A stretch of 64,000 bases of DNA, taken from Kiloniellaceae bacterium (GTDB lineage: Bacteria > Pseudomonadota > Alphaproteobacteria > Kiloniellales > J153). This document shows, piece by piece, positions 10,667 through 20,409 of the stretch (its first letter is position 1; each line of letters starts with the position of its first letter). Position numbers and translations under genes: made by a program. The notes under the pieces are model-generated. The model did not search any database. It saw only the letters and a list, made by a program, of their open reading frames with translations, and had not been told where the DNA came from. The stretch covers positions 38,273 through 102,272 of the forward strand of contig JAJFGJ010000017.1 in the NCBI GenBank assembly GCA_021776175.1, given 5' to 3'.

Positions 10667-11167
10667 ATGATCCTCATCGCCTTGGGGTCTAATCTTCCCA
10701 GCCCGCGTTTCGGCGGGCCAGAGGCGAACTGCGGCGCGGCCCTGGAGGCATTGAAAGCGGCGGGGGTGACGCCGTCGCGGGTCTCGCGCTGGTACCGCAG
10801 TGCCCCGGTCCCGGCTTCCGATCAGCCATGGTTCATCAATGGCGTGGCCGTGGTGGATACGGTTTTGCCGCCCGATCGCTTGCTCGCGCTCCTTCATGGT
10901 ATCGAGCGCGACTTCGGCCGCACCCGGCGGGCCCTTAACGAGGCCCGGGTGATCGACCTGGATCTGCTGGCCCATGGCGCGCGGGTAAGCGGCCCCGGCG
11001 AGGTGCCGGTCCTGCCCCATCCCCGGCTGGCGGAGCGGGCCTTCGTGGTCAGGCCCTTGGCCGAATTGGTCCCCGCTTGGCGCCATCCGGTCACCGGGCT
11101 CAACGCCCTGGAAATGGCGGATCGCCTGCCGGGAAGCCCGGCCGTGGAGCCGCTAGAGCGATTCTAG
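10667..11167 (+). CDS. folK: 2-amino-4-hydroxy-6-hydroxymethyldihydropteridine pyrophosphokinase
   Basis: IALGSNL, ARVIDLDLL, PHPRLAERAFV. Confidence 0.96.
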   Translation: MILIALGSNLPSPRFGGPEANCGAALEALKAAGVTPSRVSRWYRSAPVPASDQPWFINGVAVVDTVLPPDRLLALLHGIERDFGRTRRALNEARVIDLDLLAHGARVSGPGEVPVLPHPRLAERAFVVRPLAELVPAWRHPVTGLNALEMADRLPGSPAVEPLERF

Positions 11168-11209
11168 CCGCCCCGGCCGCCGAATTTGCGCTTTGGGCCG
11201 CCAATCGCC

Positions 11210-11238
11210 TTGCGCTCCCAGGGTTCGATTCATATATT
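11210..11238 (+). promoter_or_regulatory. Putative sigma70 promoter of the rpoZ-spoT operon
   Basis: TTGCGC (11210-15), 17 nt, TATATT (11233-38); 60 nt upstream of rpoZ. Confidence 0.55.
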
Positions 11239-11298
11239 CCAAGCGATTCCTGCGTAATGTACGCGGGACTTGTGGATATTTCAGGAGTATTGGTCTGA

Positions 11299-11742
11299 AT
11301 GGCGCGCGTTACCGTAGAAGACTGCATCGTTAAGATCCCCAATCGCTTCGACTTGGTCATGGTGGCCGCGCAGAGGGCACGTGAGATCGTGGCCGGTGCG
11401 CCCCTGACTCTTGAGCGTGACGACGACAAGAACCCGGTTGTCGCCCTACGTGAGATCGCCGACGAATCCGTCGAGCTCGAGCAACTGCAGGAATCGATCG
11501 TGCAAGGCCTGCAAAAGCACGTCGAGATGGATGAGGAGGAGGAGGAGACGGTCGAGTTCGAGATCTCGAGCATGACGATCGGCGCCGAAGGTACCGAGGC
11601 CGCCCCGGCGGGCGAAGCGCCCGCACCGGCGGCCGCTGGCGGCGGCGAAATCAGTGACAAGGTCACTGAAGGAGCCGCGGCGGAGGCCGGGCCCCAGACC
11701 GACCAATCCGAAGGAGACGGGAGCGAAGAACAGACGGCCTGA
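11299..11742 (+). CDS. rpoZ: RNA polymerase omega subunit
   Basis: [30 protein letters not shown]; acidic C-terminal extension as seen in alphaproteobacteria. Confidence 0.97.
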   Translation: MARVTVEDCIVKIPNRFDLVMVAAQRAREIVAGAPLTLERDDDKNPVVALREIADESVELEQLQESIVQGLQKHVEMDEEEEETVEFEISSMTIGAEGTEAAPAGEAPAPAAAGGGEISDKVTEGAAAEAGPQTDQSEGDGSEEQTA

Positions 11743-11877
11743 CCGCGTACCGGCCCGCGCTCCCTTGGGCAGGGGTAGAGCGCCCCAAGGCGCGCGCGGC
11801 GGGAACCTGCCGAAAAAGATGATGGCGGCCCCCAGCCGCCACGGCGCGCGGTTACGTTGGCGCCACGGCGCGATACC

Positions 11878-14019
11878 ATGATGCGGCAAGTCGATTTGGT
11901 CGAGCGGGTCACGGGCTATGACCCTAGCGCCGACGAGGGCGCGCTCAATCGGGCCTATGTCTACGCCATGAAGATGCACGGGTCGCAGACACGCGCATCG
12001 GGCGACCCTTACTTTTCTCATCCCATCGAAGTCGCCGGCATCCTGACCGAGCTTAAGCTCGACCATAGTTCGATTATCACCGCGCTTCTGCACGATCTCG
12101 TCGAGGACACGGATGCGTCCCTCGGCGACATCGAATCCATGTTCGGCCGCGATATCGCCCGCCTGGTTGACGGCGTGACCAAGCTGACGCGGCTTGAACT
12201 GCAGTCCGAGCAGACCCAGCACGCGGAGAATTTCCGCAAGTTACTCTTGGCCATGTCGGAAGATATTCGTGTGCTTTTGGTCAAGCTAGCCGACCGCGTG
12301 CATAACATGCGCACCTTGAAATTTATCAAGTCGGCGGACAAACGCCGGCGCATCGCACGCGAGACGATGGATATCTACGCGCCCCTGGCCGAACGGATCG
12401 GCATGCAGCGTTTCAAGGATGAGTTACTGGATTTATCTTTCACCGAGCTGAATCCTGACGCTCGCGGGTCGATCCTGACCCGTTTGGAATTTCTGCAATC
12501 GCAAGGCGAGGATCTGCCTAACCTGATAATCGACCACTTGAAACGCACCTTGGCGAAGGATGGCGTCGAGGCCTGGATATCGGGGCGCCGGAAGACGCCG
12601 TATTCCATCTGGAACAAAATGCAGCACAAGAACATCGCGTTCGAGCAACTCTCGGACATCATGGCGTTTCGCGTCGTGGTCGGGTCGATTGAGAAGTGCT
12701 ACCACGCGCTAGGGGCTCTCCACGCCCAGTACCCGGTGGTTCCGGGACGTTTCAAGGACTACATATCGACACCGAAGCCTAATGGATACCGCTCCTTGCA
12801 TACCGGTTTGATCGGACCGGAACGCCATCGTATCGAAGTTCAGATTCGCACCCGCGACATGCACGACGTCGCCGAACTGGGGGTCGCGGCCCATTGGAAA
12901 TACAAACAGTCCGAAATCAAGGTTGACGGCCGTCAGTACCGTTGGCTGCGTGAGCTTCTGGACATTCTGGATCATGCCTCGAACCCGGAAGAGTTCATCG
13001 AGCATACCAAGCTCGAAATGTTTCAGGATCAGGTGTTTTGTTTCACCCCCAAGGGCGATCTGATTGCCCTGCCGCGCGGCGCGACGCCCGTGGATTTTGC
13101 CTACGCTGTCCACTCGGAGGTCGGCGACACCTGTGTCGGCGCCAAGGTCAACGGCAGGATCCTTCCGTTGCGGGCCGAGCTTGGGAACGGAGATCAGGTC
13201 GAGATCCTGACCTCCAGAACCCAAACGCCGTCGCCGGATTGGGAGAAATTCGTCGTCTCCGGCAAGGCCAAGGCGCGTATTCGCCGCTTCGTCCATATGA
13301 AGGAGCGGGAACAGTACTCGGATCTAGGCCGTCAGATACTGCAGAAATCGTTTCGCGAGGAAGGCTACGAGCTTTCGGACAAAGCCCTTGGCGGGGTTCT
13401 CAAGAAGTTCAAGGCCGACGCGCCGGACGATTTATTCGCGGCGGTCGGTAAAGGAAACATGACGGCGCGCGAAGTGCTGGTCGCCGTCTATCCGGGCGTG
13501 CGCGATGCCGCGAAGCGGCGGAATCTCTGGCCCTTCCGGGGCCGTACCCACGCCAACAAGGCGAAGTCCACGGCCCTGCCGATCAAGGGCTTGATCCCCG
13601 GAATGGCGGTCCATTACGCGCGTTGCTGCCATCCCTTGCCCGGCGAGCGCATTGTCGGCATCGTCACCACCGGCAAGGGCGTGACCGTCCACACCATAGA
13701 CTGCGAGACCCTGGCGTCTTTTCAGGACACGCCCGAGCGTTGGATCGACCTGGCCTGGGACGTTATCGATACCGAAGAAACGCATACCGGCCGGCTGCAT
13801 GTCATGGTGGCCAACGAGCCCGGCAGCCTTGGCGACCTCTCGACCATTATCGGCAAGAGTCAGGGCAACATCAGCAATCTTAAAATAACCAGCCGCTCGA
13901 TCGATTTTTTTGAGATGCTGGTCGATGTGGAAGTGCAAGATGCGAAGCATCTAAACGACATCGTCGCCGCCTTGCGCGCGGCCCCCGTGGTCGTCTCGGT
14001 GGAAAAGGCCCGCCGGTGA
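11878..14019 (+). CDS. spoT: Bifunctional (p)ppGpp synthetase/hydrolase (RelA/SpoT homolog)
   Basis: HD domain (RASGDPYFSHP, LLHD), synthetase (KDYISTPKPNGYRSLHT, EVQIRT), TGS (TPVDFAYAVHS), C-terminal ACT. Confidence 0.97.
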   Translation: MMRQVDLVERVTGYDPSADEGALNRAYVYAMKMHGSQTRASGDPYFSHPIEVAGILTELKLDHSSIITALLHDLVEDTDASLGDIESMFGRDIARLVDGVTKLTRLELQSEQTQHAENFRKLLLAMSEDIRVLLVKLADRVHNMRTLKFIKSADKRRRIARETMDIYAPLAERIGMQRFKDELLDLSFTELNPDARGSILTRLEFLQSQGEDLPNLIIDHLKRTLAKDGVEAWISGRRKTPYSIWNKMQHKNIAFEQLSDIMAFRVVVGSIEKCYHALGALHAQYPVVPGRFKDYISTPKPNGYRSLHTGLIGPERHRIEVQIRTRDMHDVAELGVAAHWKYKQSEIKVDGRQYRWLRELLDILDHASNPEEFIEHTKLEMFQDQVFCFTPKGDLIALPRGATPVDFAYAVHSEVGDTCVGAKVNGRILPLRAELGNGDQVEILTSRTQTPSPDWEKFVVSGKAKARIRRFVHMKEREQYSDLGRQILQKSFREEGYELSDKALGGVLKKFKADAPDDLFAAVGKGNMTAREVLVAVYPGVRDAAKRRNLWPFRGRTHANKAKSTALPIKGLIPGMAVHYARCCHPLPGERIVGIVTTGKGVTVHTIDCETLASFQDTPERWIDLAWDVIDTEETHTGRLHVMVANEPGSLGDLSTIIGKSQGNISNLKITSRSIDFFEMLVDVEVQDAKHLNDIVAALRAAPVVVSVEKARR

Positions 14020-14091
14020 GGCCGCGAGGGGTCCGGTTCGGGCCGGGTAACCCCGGTTGGATGACAATACTTCTGGTGGACCTATAACCAA

Positions 14092-14682
14092 ATGTTTCAA
14101 CGCCGGGATCCCTTGCCGCTTCTTCACCGGGTGCGCGATTTTCTTTGGCCCCGCAAAGGGTGGCGCCGGACTTCCAGCTATATCGCGCACCGGGTGCGCC
14201 GTCTGCCTGGCACGCCTTACCGGATCGCCGCCGGCTTCGCGAGCGGCGCGGCGATTTCCTTCACGCCCTTCATCGGACTTCATTTCGTCGGCGGTGCCCT
14301 GATCTCCTTAATCCTGCGCGGCAGCTTGATGGCCTCGGCCATAGGAACCGTTATCGGCAACCCTTGGACATTTCCCTTCATTTGGGCATGGATTTACACC
14401 CTTGGGGTCTGGTTACTTGGCGGCGAGGTCGAAACGGTACTTCCAGAAACCCTTGGCTTCAGCTACATTTTCGACCGCCCGATGGAGATATTATGGCCCA
14501 TGACCGTGGGCGGCTTGCCTACGGCCGTGGCGGTGTGGTTCGCTTGCTTTTGGTCGGTCCGGGGCGCGGTCGCGCGGTACCAGTTCGCTAGGCGCAAGCG
14601 TATGCTGAGGCGCTCGCGGACCCTGCGCAGGGCAGCCCTGGCGGCCCAAAAGGCGGCCGATCGAGGTTTGGAGGAAACATGA
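14092..14682 (+). CDS. DUF2062-like membrane protein
   Basis: [31 protein letters not shown]; usual position between spoT and pdxJ. Confidence 0.8.
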   Translation: MFQRRDPLPLLHRVRDFLWPRKGWRRTSSYIAHRVRRLPGTPYRIAAGFASGAAISFTPFIGLHFVGGALISLILRGSLMASAIGTVIGNPWTFPFIWAWIYTLGVWLLGGEVETVLPETLGFSYIFDRPMEILWPMTVGGLPTAVAVWFACFWSVRGAVARYQFARRKRMLRRSRTLRRAALAAQKAADRGLEET

Positions 14683-15452
14683 CACCGAGAAATTTGCGGC
14701 TTGGGGTTAACATCGACCATGTGGCGACCATCCGCAACGCGAGAGGCGGTGGCCATCCCGATCCGGTCCGCGCGGCGCGGCAGGCCGCCGACGCGGGGGC
14801 CGACGGTATCACCGCACACCTTAGGGAGGACCGGCGCCATATCTCGGACGACGATATTCAGCGTCTTATCGCGAGTATCGATCTGCCGCTGAACTTCGAG
14901 ATGGCGGCCACGCCGGAGATGCTGGAAATCGCTCTCCGGCACCGGCCGCACGCGGCCTGCATCGTGCCCGAGAAGCGCCTGGAGGTAACCACCGAAGGGG
15001 GACTGGATGCCGCCGGCGGACACAACGTCCTGAAACGCTATTGCGGCCGGCTTTCGGATGCCGATATCCGGGTCAGCCTGTTTATCGATCCGGATCCGCG
15101 CCAGCTCGAAGCGGCGCAGGCGCTGGGCGCACCGGTGGTGGAACTTCACACCGGGGCCTATTGCGAGGCCTTTATCGCGGACATGGCCGGGACCCGTGCC
15201 CAAGACGAATTGGCGCGCCTTCAGCGCGCCGCCGCCCTGGCCCAGGATCTGGGCCTGGAATGCCATGCCGGTCACGGCCTAACCTACGATTCGGTTAAGC
15301 CGGTTGCCGCGATAGCCAGCCTCGTGGAGCTCAATATCGGCCATTTCCTGATTGGCGAGGCGATTTACGTTGGCCTGGAAAGCGCGATCATGCGCATGCG
15401 CGCCATCATGAATCAGGCCCGCGCCGATGCCCTGGCCGCGAGGCGCGCCTGA
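14679..15452 (+). CDS. pdxJ: Pyridoxine 5'-phosphate synthase
   Basis: [44 protein letters not shown]. Confidence 0.98.
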   Translation: MTPRNLRLGVNIDHVATIRNARGGGHPDPVRAARQAADAGADGITAHLREDRRHISDDDIQRLIASIDLPLNFEMAATPEMLEIALRHRPHAACIVPEKRLEVTTEGGLDAAGGHNVLKRYCGRLSDADIRVSLFIDPDPRQLEAAQALGAPVVELHTGAYCEAFIADMAGTRAQDELARLQRAAALAQDLGLECHAGHGLTYDSVKPVAAIASLVELNIGHFLIGEAIYVGLESAIMRMRAIMNQARADALAARRA

Positions 15453-15494
15453 TGAAAATGCCCGCGAGGCGTGCCCGATGGATTTAGCCGCGCG

Positions 15495-15902
15495 ATGATA
15501 TTGGGAATCGGTAACGACCTGATAGATATTCGCCGGGTTGAAAAGACGCTGGATCGTTTCGGATCCCGTTTCGTCGCTCGTGTTTTCACGGATATCGAAA
15601 AAGCCAAATCGGACCGCCGGGCGCAGCGGGCGGCCAGCTACGCCAAGCGGTTCGCCGCCAAGGAGGCTTGCGCCAAGGCCCTGGGCACGGGCGTGCCTCG
15701 GCGCGGGGTACACTGGCGCGACTTGGGCGTGGTCAACTTACCCAGCGGCAAGCCGACCATGGCCCTGACCAACGGCGCGGCGCGGCGTTTGTTGGAAATA
15801 ACGCCCGAGGGGATGACCGCCCAGATCGACCTGACGATCACGGACGACTTCCCCTTGGCTCAGGCGATTGTGATAATTTCCGCTCTGCCCTCAGGGACCT
15901 AA
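15495..15902 (+). CDS. acpS: Holo-[acyl-carrier-protein] synthase
   Basis: [31 protein letters not shown]. Confidence 0.96.
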   Translation: MILGIGNDLIDIRRVEKTLDRFGSRFVARVFTDIEKAKSDRRAQRAASYAKRFAAKEACAKALGTGVPRRGVHWRDLGVVNLPSGKPTMALTNGAARRLLEITPEGMTAQIDLTITDDFPLAQAIVIISALPSGT

Positions 15903-15987
15903 GATCAAGGAGCGCCGATTTTTGCCCCTGGCGCGCCAAACGGCATCCCGTCATAGTCGCGCGCACTCAAGAAGGCTCAACTCTCGA

Positions 15988-16740
15988 ATGGATTCCTCAA
16001 TGTCGAAAAAGAAGCCGGGCGTTCTCGGCGAAACCTTGCGTACCGTTGTCTATGCGGTCTTGATCGCGTTGGGGATACGAGTCTTTGCTTACGAGCCCTT
16101 CAACATACCCTCCGGGTCGATGATTCCGACGCTGCTGGTCGGCGATTACCTGTTCGTCTCGAAGTTTTCCTATGGCTACAGCCGGTACTCGCTGCCCATG
16201 GGGTTGCCGCTATTCGAAGGGCGCGTTTTCGGCGACGAGCCGGAACGCGGCGACGTCGTGGTGTTCAAGCTGCCCAGGGACAACAGTACCGATTACATCA
16301 AGCGGATCGTCGGCTTGCCGGGCGACAAAATTCAGGTGACCGGCGGGATCCTGCACATTAACGGCGTGGCCGTGAAACGTGAATTTACCGGCGATTTCAC
16401 GGGGACCAACTACACGGGCTATTCGGTCCAGGCGAAGGAATACATCGAAACCTTGCCCAATGGGCGCAAGCACCGGATCTGGGAACGTAGCGACCGCGAT
16501 ATGCTGGACAATACGGCCGTCTATAGCGTTCCGCCCGGACACTTCTTCGCCATGGGCGATAACCGCGACAGCAGCCAGGACAGCCGGGTTCTTTCCGCTG
16601 TCGGTTATGTGCCTTACGAAAATCTGGTTGGGGAGGCGAAATTTCTGTTTTTCTCCCACGACGGCAGTGCCGCCCTATGGCAGTTCTGGAAGTGGCCGGG
16701 CGCGATCCGCTTCGGCCGGATCGGCGACGGCATTGAGTGA
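15988..16740 (+). CDS. lepB: Signal peptidase I (start 15988 or 16000)
   Basis: FNIPSGSMIPTL (catalytic Ser), DYIKRIVGLPGD (Lys), MGDNRDSSQDSR. Confidence 0.96.
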   Translation: MDSSMSKKKPGVLGETLRTVVYAVLIALGIRVFAYEPFNIPSGSMIPTLLVGDYLFVSKFSYGYSRYSLPMGLPLFEGRVFGDEPERGDVVVFKLPRDNSTDYIKRIVGLPGDKIQVTGGILHINGVAVKREFTGDFTGTNYTGYSVQAKEYIETLPNGRKHRIWERSDRDMLDNTAVYSVPPGHFFAMGDNRDSSQDSRVLSAVGYVPYENLVGEAKFLFFSHDGSAALWQFWKWPGAIRFGRIGDGIE

Positions 16741-17443
16741 CCCCAAAGGTCAAGACTTGACGGCCCTGTCGGCGCGCTTGGGGTACGGGTTCAAGCAACC
16801 GGAACTGTTGAGCGAAGCTCTCACCCATCCCAGCGCCGCCGGGCAGGCGGGGAACACGGGGCCGAATTACGAGCGCCTGGAATTCCTCGGCGACCGGGTT
16901 TTGGGCTTGGTCGTCGCCGATATGCTGCTGCGCCGTTTTCCCGACGAAGCCGAGGGACCGCTGGCTCAGCGCCTAGCTGAACTGGTGCGCCGCGAAACCC
17001 TAGCCAGGGTGGCGGAGGAACTCGATCTAGGCGCGGCCCTGCACCTGGCCAAGGGCGAGGATGCCGCCGGCGAGCGGGCGAACCCGGCGATCCTGTCCGA
17101 TGCCTGCGAGGCCCTGATCGGGGCGCTGTACCTGGACGGCGGACTGGTCGTGGCGCGCGGCTTGATCGAAACCTGGATGACCCCGTATCTGGAAGAAGCC
17201 GTGAGCCCGCCGCAAGATGCCAAGACGGCGCTGCAAGAATGGGCGCAGGGGCGCGGCTTGCCGCTGCCCGATTACCGCGAAACGGGGCGCAGCGGTCCCG
17301 ATCACCAGCCGCTGTTCACCATAGAGGTCACGGTGCGCGGCCACGGCGGGGAGAGCGGGCGGGGGCGCTCCAAACGCCTGGCGGAACAGGCGGCGGCCGA
17401 GATCTTGCTGGCGCGCCTGCGGACCGAGACAGACCAGCCATGA
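16733..17443 (+). CDS. rnc: Ribonuclease III
   Basis: Likely TTG start at 16733 overlapping the lepB stop; ALTHPS, NYERLEFLGDRVL, dsRBD DAKTALQEW. Confidence 0.95.
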   Translation: MSDPKGQDLTALSARLGYGFKQPELLSEALTHPSAAGQAGNTGPNYERLEFLGDRVLGLVVADMLLRRFPDEAEGPLAQRLAELVRRETLARVAEELDLGAALHLAKGEDAAGERANPAILSDACEALIGALYLDGGLVVARGLIETWMTPYLEEAVSPPQDAKTALQEWAQGRGLPLPDYRETGRSGPDHQPLFTIEVTVRGHGGESGRGRSKRLAEQAAAEILLARLRTETDQP

Positions 17444-18354
17444 GCGCTAAGAAAAGCACCAAGCGGCGCTGCGGTTTCGTGGCCCTGGTTGGGGCCCCCA
17501 ACGCCGGTAAATCGACCCTGCTCAACGCCATGGTCGGGACCAAGATTTCCATCGTCACCCACAAGGTCCAGACCACCCGGGCGCGGGTGCGCGGCATCGC
17601 GCTGGAAGGCCGGGCACAAATTATCTTTGTCGATACCCCTGGAATTTTCACGCCCAAGAAACGCTTGGAGCGGGCCATGGTGGCCGCCGCCTGGTCCGCC
17701 ATCGACGATGCCGAGGAGACGGTGGTGCTCTACGACGCGGGCCGGGGCGGCCTGGATTCCGATACCCGCCTTATCGTCGAGGGCCTGAAGCGGCGCGGCA
17801 AGCAGGCCATCCTCGCGCTCAACAAGGTCGACGCGGTAAAACGCGAAAAGCTACTCGCCCTGGCGGCCGAATTCGAGGCCATGGGCGTCTTCGCGCGCAT
17901 CTTCATGATCTCGGCGCTCAAGGGCGACGGCATGGACGCGCTGCGCGATTACCTGGCGGAGCGCATGCCGCCGGGCCCTTGGCACTACCCGGAGGATCAG
18001 GTCTCCGACATGCCCATGCGCCTGATCGCCGCCGAGGTGACGCGCGAGAAGCTGTTCCTGCGCCTCCATCAGGAGCTGCCTTACTCCCTGACCGTCGAGA
18101 CCGAGGACTGGCAGGAATTCGACAACGGCGGCGTGCGCATTGCCCAGGTCGTTTTCGTCGGCCGCGATTCCCACAAGGGGATCTGCCTGGGCAAGGGCGG
18201 GGCGACCATCAAGGCGGTGCGCGAGGCGGCGCAACAAGACCTCGCGGAGATGATGGAACGCGACGTGCACCTGTTCCTGCACGTCAAGGTGCGCGGTAAC
18301 TGGTCCGAGGATTCCGCCCACTACCGCGACTGGGGCCTCGACTTCGAGGCGTGA
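17440..18354 (+). CDS. era: GTPase Era
   Basis: GAPNAGKSTL, VTHKVQTTR, DTPG, NKVD, KH domain; ATGA overlap with rnc. Confidence 0.97.
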   Translation: MSAKKSTKRRCGFVALVGAPNAGKSTLLNAMVGTKISIVTHKVQTTRARVRGIALEGRAQIIFVDTPGIFTPKKRLERAMVAAAWSAIDDAEETVVLYDAGRGGLDSDTRLIVEGLKRRGKQAILALNKVDAVKREKLLALAAEFEAMGVFARIFMISALKGDGMDALRDYLAERMPPGPWHYPEDQVSDMPMRLIAAEVTREKLFLRLHQELPYSLTVETEDWQEFDNGGVRIAQVVFVGRDSHKGICLGKGGATIKAVREAAQQDLAEMMERDVHLFLHVKVRGNWSEDSAHYRDWGLDFEA

Positions 18355-18372
18355 GCGAGGAACTTAGGTGTC

Positions 18373-19092
18373 ATGCATTGGAGCGATGAAGGCATCGTGC
18401 TGTCGGCGCGCGCCCATGGCGAGCACGGGACCATCGTCCAGCTCTTGACGCGGGAGCAGGGGCGCCATGCCGGGCTCGTGCGGGGCGGGCAGGGGCGGCG
18501 CGCGCGCGGGGTCCTGCAGCCGGGTAATCTGGTCTCCGCCCAGTGGAGCGGCCGCCTGGCAGAACACCTGGGAAGCTATGTTTGCGAGCCCTTGACCGCT
18601 TATGCCGCCCGGGTGCTGGACGACCCGGATCGTCTGGCGGCGCTGAGCGCGGCGGCGGCGGTCAGCGAGGGCGCCCTGCCGGAGCGCGAGCCCCACGCGG
18701 CCTGCTTCGAGGGTTTGCTCGCCTTGCTGGAGGCCCTGCCCGGCGACCATTGGGCCGAGGTTTACGTGCACTGGGAACTGGCGCTCTTGGCCGAGCTTGG
18801 TTTCGGGCTCGATCTCGCGAACTGCGCGGCCGGGGGCGCCAACGACCAACTCGCCTATGTTTCGCCGAAGTCGGGCAGGGCGGTCTCCCTCGCCGCCGGG
18901 GAGCCCTACCGCGAGAAACTCTTGGCCCTGCCCGGATTCCTGGCCGGGCGCGGTGGCGGCGGGCCGGAGGAGGTCGGCCAGGGTCTGGCCCTGACCAGCT
19001 TTTTTCTTGAGCGTTTCGTTTTCGCCCCCCACCACAAGCCGGTTCCCGCCGCCCGCCAACGCCTGGGGGAGCGGTTTCCCGGGGCAGTTTGA
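18373..19092 (+). CDS. recO: DNA repair protein RecO
   Basis: MHWSDEGIVL, HAGLVRGG, LQPGN, ELGFGLDL..C, YVSPKSGRAVS; follows era. Confidence 0.95.
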   Translation: MHWSDEGIVLSARAHGEHGTIVQLLTREQGRHAGLVRGGQGRRARGVLQPGNLVSAQWSGRLAEHLGSYVCEPLTAYAARVLDDPDRLAALSAAAAVSEGALPEREPHAACFEGLLALLEALPGDHWAEVYVHWELALLAELGFGLDLANCAAGGANDQLAYVSPKSGRAVSLAAGEPYREKLLALPGFLAGRGGGGPEEVGQGLALTSFFLERFVFAPHHKPVPAARQRLGERFPGAV

Positions 19093-19111
19093 GCGGCGGG
19101 GTGTAGCCGAG

Positions 19112-19301
19112 CCTCATGGCCGATCCTTCGAGACGCGTTCTTCGAACGCTCCTCAGGATGAGGGTGGTGTTCTATATCTCAGGTTAATTTCCCATGCCGG
19201 GCAGCCGCTTTCTTCGTCTCCCGCGCCTCATTCTGAGGAGAGGCGAAGCCTCGTCTCGAAGGAGCGGCGCGCGGCTCGGGATGAGGGTGCCGTCTCGAAG
19301 C
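19112..19301. repeat. REP-like palindromic element, family A (CCTCATCCTGAG...CGAAGGA)
   Basis: TCCTTCGAGACG..CTCCTCAGGATGAGG (19124-19163) is inverted against CCTCATTCTGAGGAG..CGTCTCGAAGGA (19226-19262); partial third copy at about 19278-19301. Confidence 0.75.
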
Positions 19302-19334
19302 ATGGCGGCCGGGTTGTAAATCCGACGGTCTATT

Positions 19335-19895
19335 TTACTCGGCGGGCGGATCGATGTTGGGGGTCAGGGCGCCCAGGGCCGGTGCCATGGCGCCCAGGCG
19401 GCCGCGCAGGGCATTCCAATCGACAGCCTCGGAATCGCCGAGGATCTCGCCCAGGGGCCGGCCGTCCAAGGTCAGGTCGCTCAACAGTTCCTTGCGGCTT
19501 AACTGGCCGTCGGTGCCGGCGTCGTAGCTTTCGACCAAGCGATTCAGACCGATCGTCTCGACCACGATGAGGCCGAGCTGCACGGCGCGCTTTTCGTGAA
19601 TTCGGATGCCGTTATCCGGCCAGCGCAGCCAATCGCGGAGCTCGAGGCGAATGTCCTCCAGTTCGGCGACGCTGATCCGCCCGTTGCGGTCCCGGTCGGC
19701 GAAGCGCCAACCCACGTCCACGCAACTGCGGGCGGCCTGGCGTTGGCACAGGGGGCTGGCCAAGGCCAGAAACCTGGCGAAGTCCCGCACACTGGCCGTA
19801 GGGGCGCTGGGTTGGGCCTGCTGCGCGGCCGCCGGCGGCGCGGCCATGGCCAGGTACAGGATCGCCAGGAAGGCGCGGAGCGGCACTTGCTTCAT
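19335..19895 (-). CDS. Secreted hypothetical protein with two EF-hand-like loops
   Basis: Signal peptide ending AAA; DRDRNGRISVAE and DAGTDGQLSRKE; one Cys pair. Confidence 0.7.
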   Translation of the reverse strand: MKQVPLRAFLAILYLAMAAPPAAAQQAQPSAPTASVRDFARFLALASPLCQRQAARSCVDVGWRFADRDRNGRISVAELEDIRLELRDWLRWPDNGIRIHEKRAVQLGLIVVETIGLNRLVESYDAGTDGQLSRKELLSDLTLDGRPLGEILGDSEAVDWNALRGRLGAMAPALGALTPNIDPPAE

Positions 19896-19993
19896 ACGGT
19901 CTTTCTACACGGTGAATTGGCGGTCCGGGACTTTATCGCCCGCCGGCGCCTTGGAACAGGGGGTTTCGCGATTCCCGTGACGTCAAAAGAGAA

Positions 19994-20008
19994 GAACAAA
20001 AGAAGAAC
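19994..20008. promoter_or_regulatory. Alphaproteobacterial LexA (SOS) box GAAC-N7-GAAC
   Basis: GAAC-AAAAGAA-GAAC, an exact match with an A-rich spacer, in intergenic DNA. Confidence 0.6.
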
Positions 20009-20172
20009 TATGAGTCTTTCATGTCACACCCGCCGATAAATTCCAAGCCGCCCCGCGCTTCGCCGTTGACCGTGGATTCCCCCCAGCCTAAGCCGGTTTT
20101 TAGTGATTTAGGCCGATTCGAAAGAGGAATTATCGCCGCCGCGCGCTCGATCGCCCCCTTTGGCGGCCCGCC

Positions 20173-20201
20173 AAAGAAAGAGGGGGCCAAAACGGCCCCC
20201 T
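20173..20201 (-). terminator. Rho-independent terminator of the candidate sRNA
   Basis: Minus strand reads AGGGGGCC-GTTTT-GGCCCCCT followed by CTTTCTTT. Confidence 0.75.
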
Positions 20202-20314
20202 AAGGAGTCAGTGCGATGTGCGTGCAATACGGTGTAAGGGCAGTTCGAAATAGTGACACTTCCCGTACACGAACAGGGGAACGATCAGAAGAAACGGTAT
20301 TGATCGCCCTGTAT
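20173..20314 (-). ncRNA. Candidate orphan small RNA (~140 nt), family unknown
   Basis: Own promoter (20350-20322), two internal hairpins, single-stranded CUCCUU, then an intrinsic terminator. No AUG-initiated ORF on this strand within the interval. Confidence 0.65.
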
Positions 20315-20321
20315 GAGAATA

Positions 20322-20350
20322 AATATATTCGGATTCGGATGTAAAAGCAA
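20322..20350 (-). promoter_or_regulatory. sigma70-type promoter of the candidate sRNA
   Basis: Minus strand cTTGCTT (20350-45), 17 nt, TATATT (20327-22); A/T tract upstream; GANTC site in the spacer. Confidence 0.65.
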
Positions 20351-20409
20351 GAACTTTTTTCATTTCATCGAGAATTAATTCCACTGCTCTTTGAATTATC
20401 TTCTTAATT

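Noticed and set aside
16379-17439. Long N-terminal extensions of the rnc and era ORFs (likewise znuA from 42172 and the AEP permease from 28562)
   Set aside because: They overlap neighbouring real genes in other frames. Recognisable sequence begins only at the downstream starts, most of which show normal stop/start coupling.
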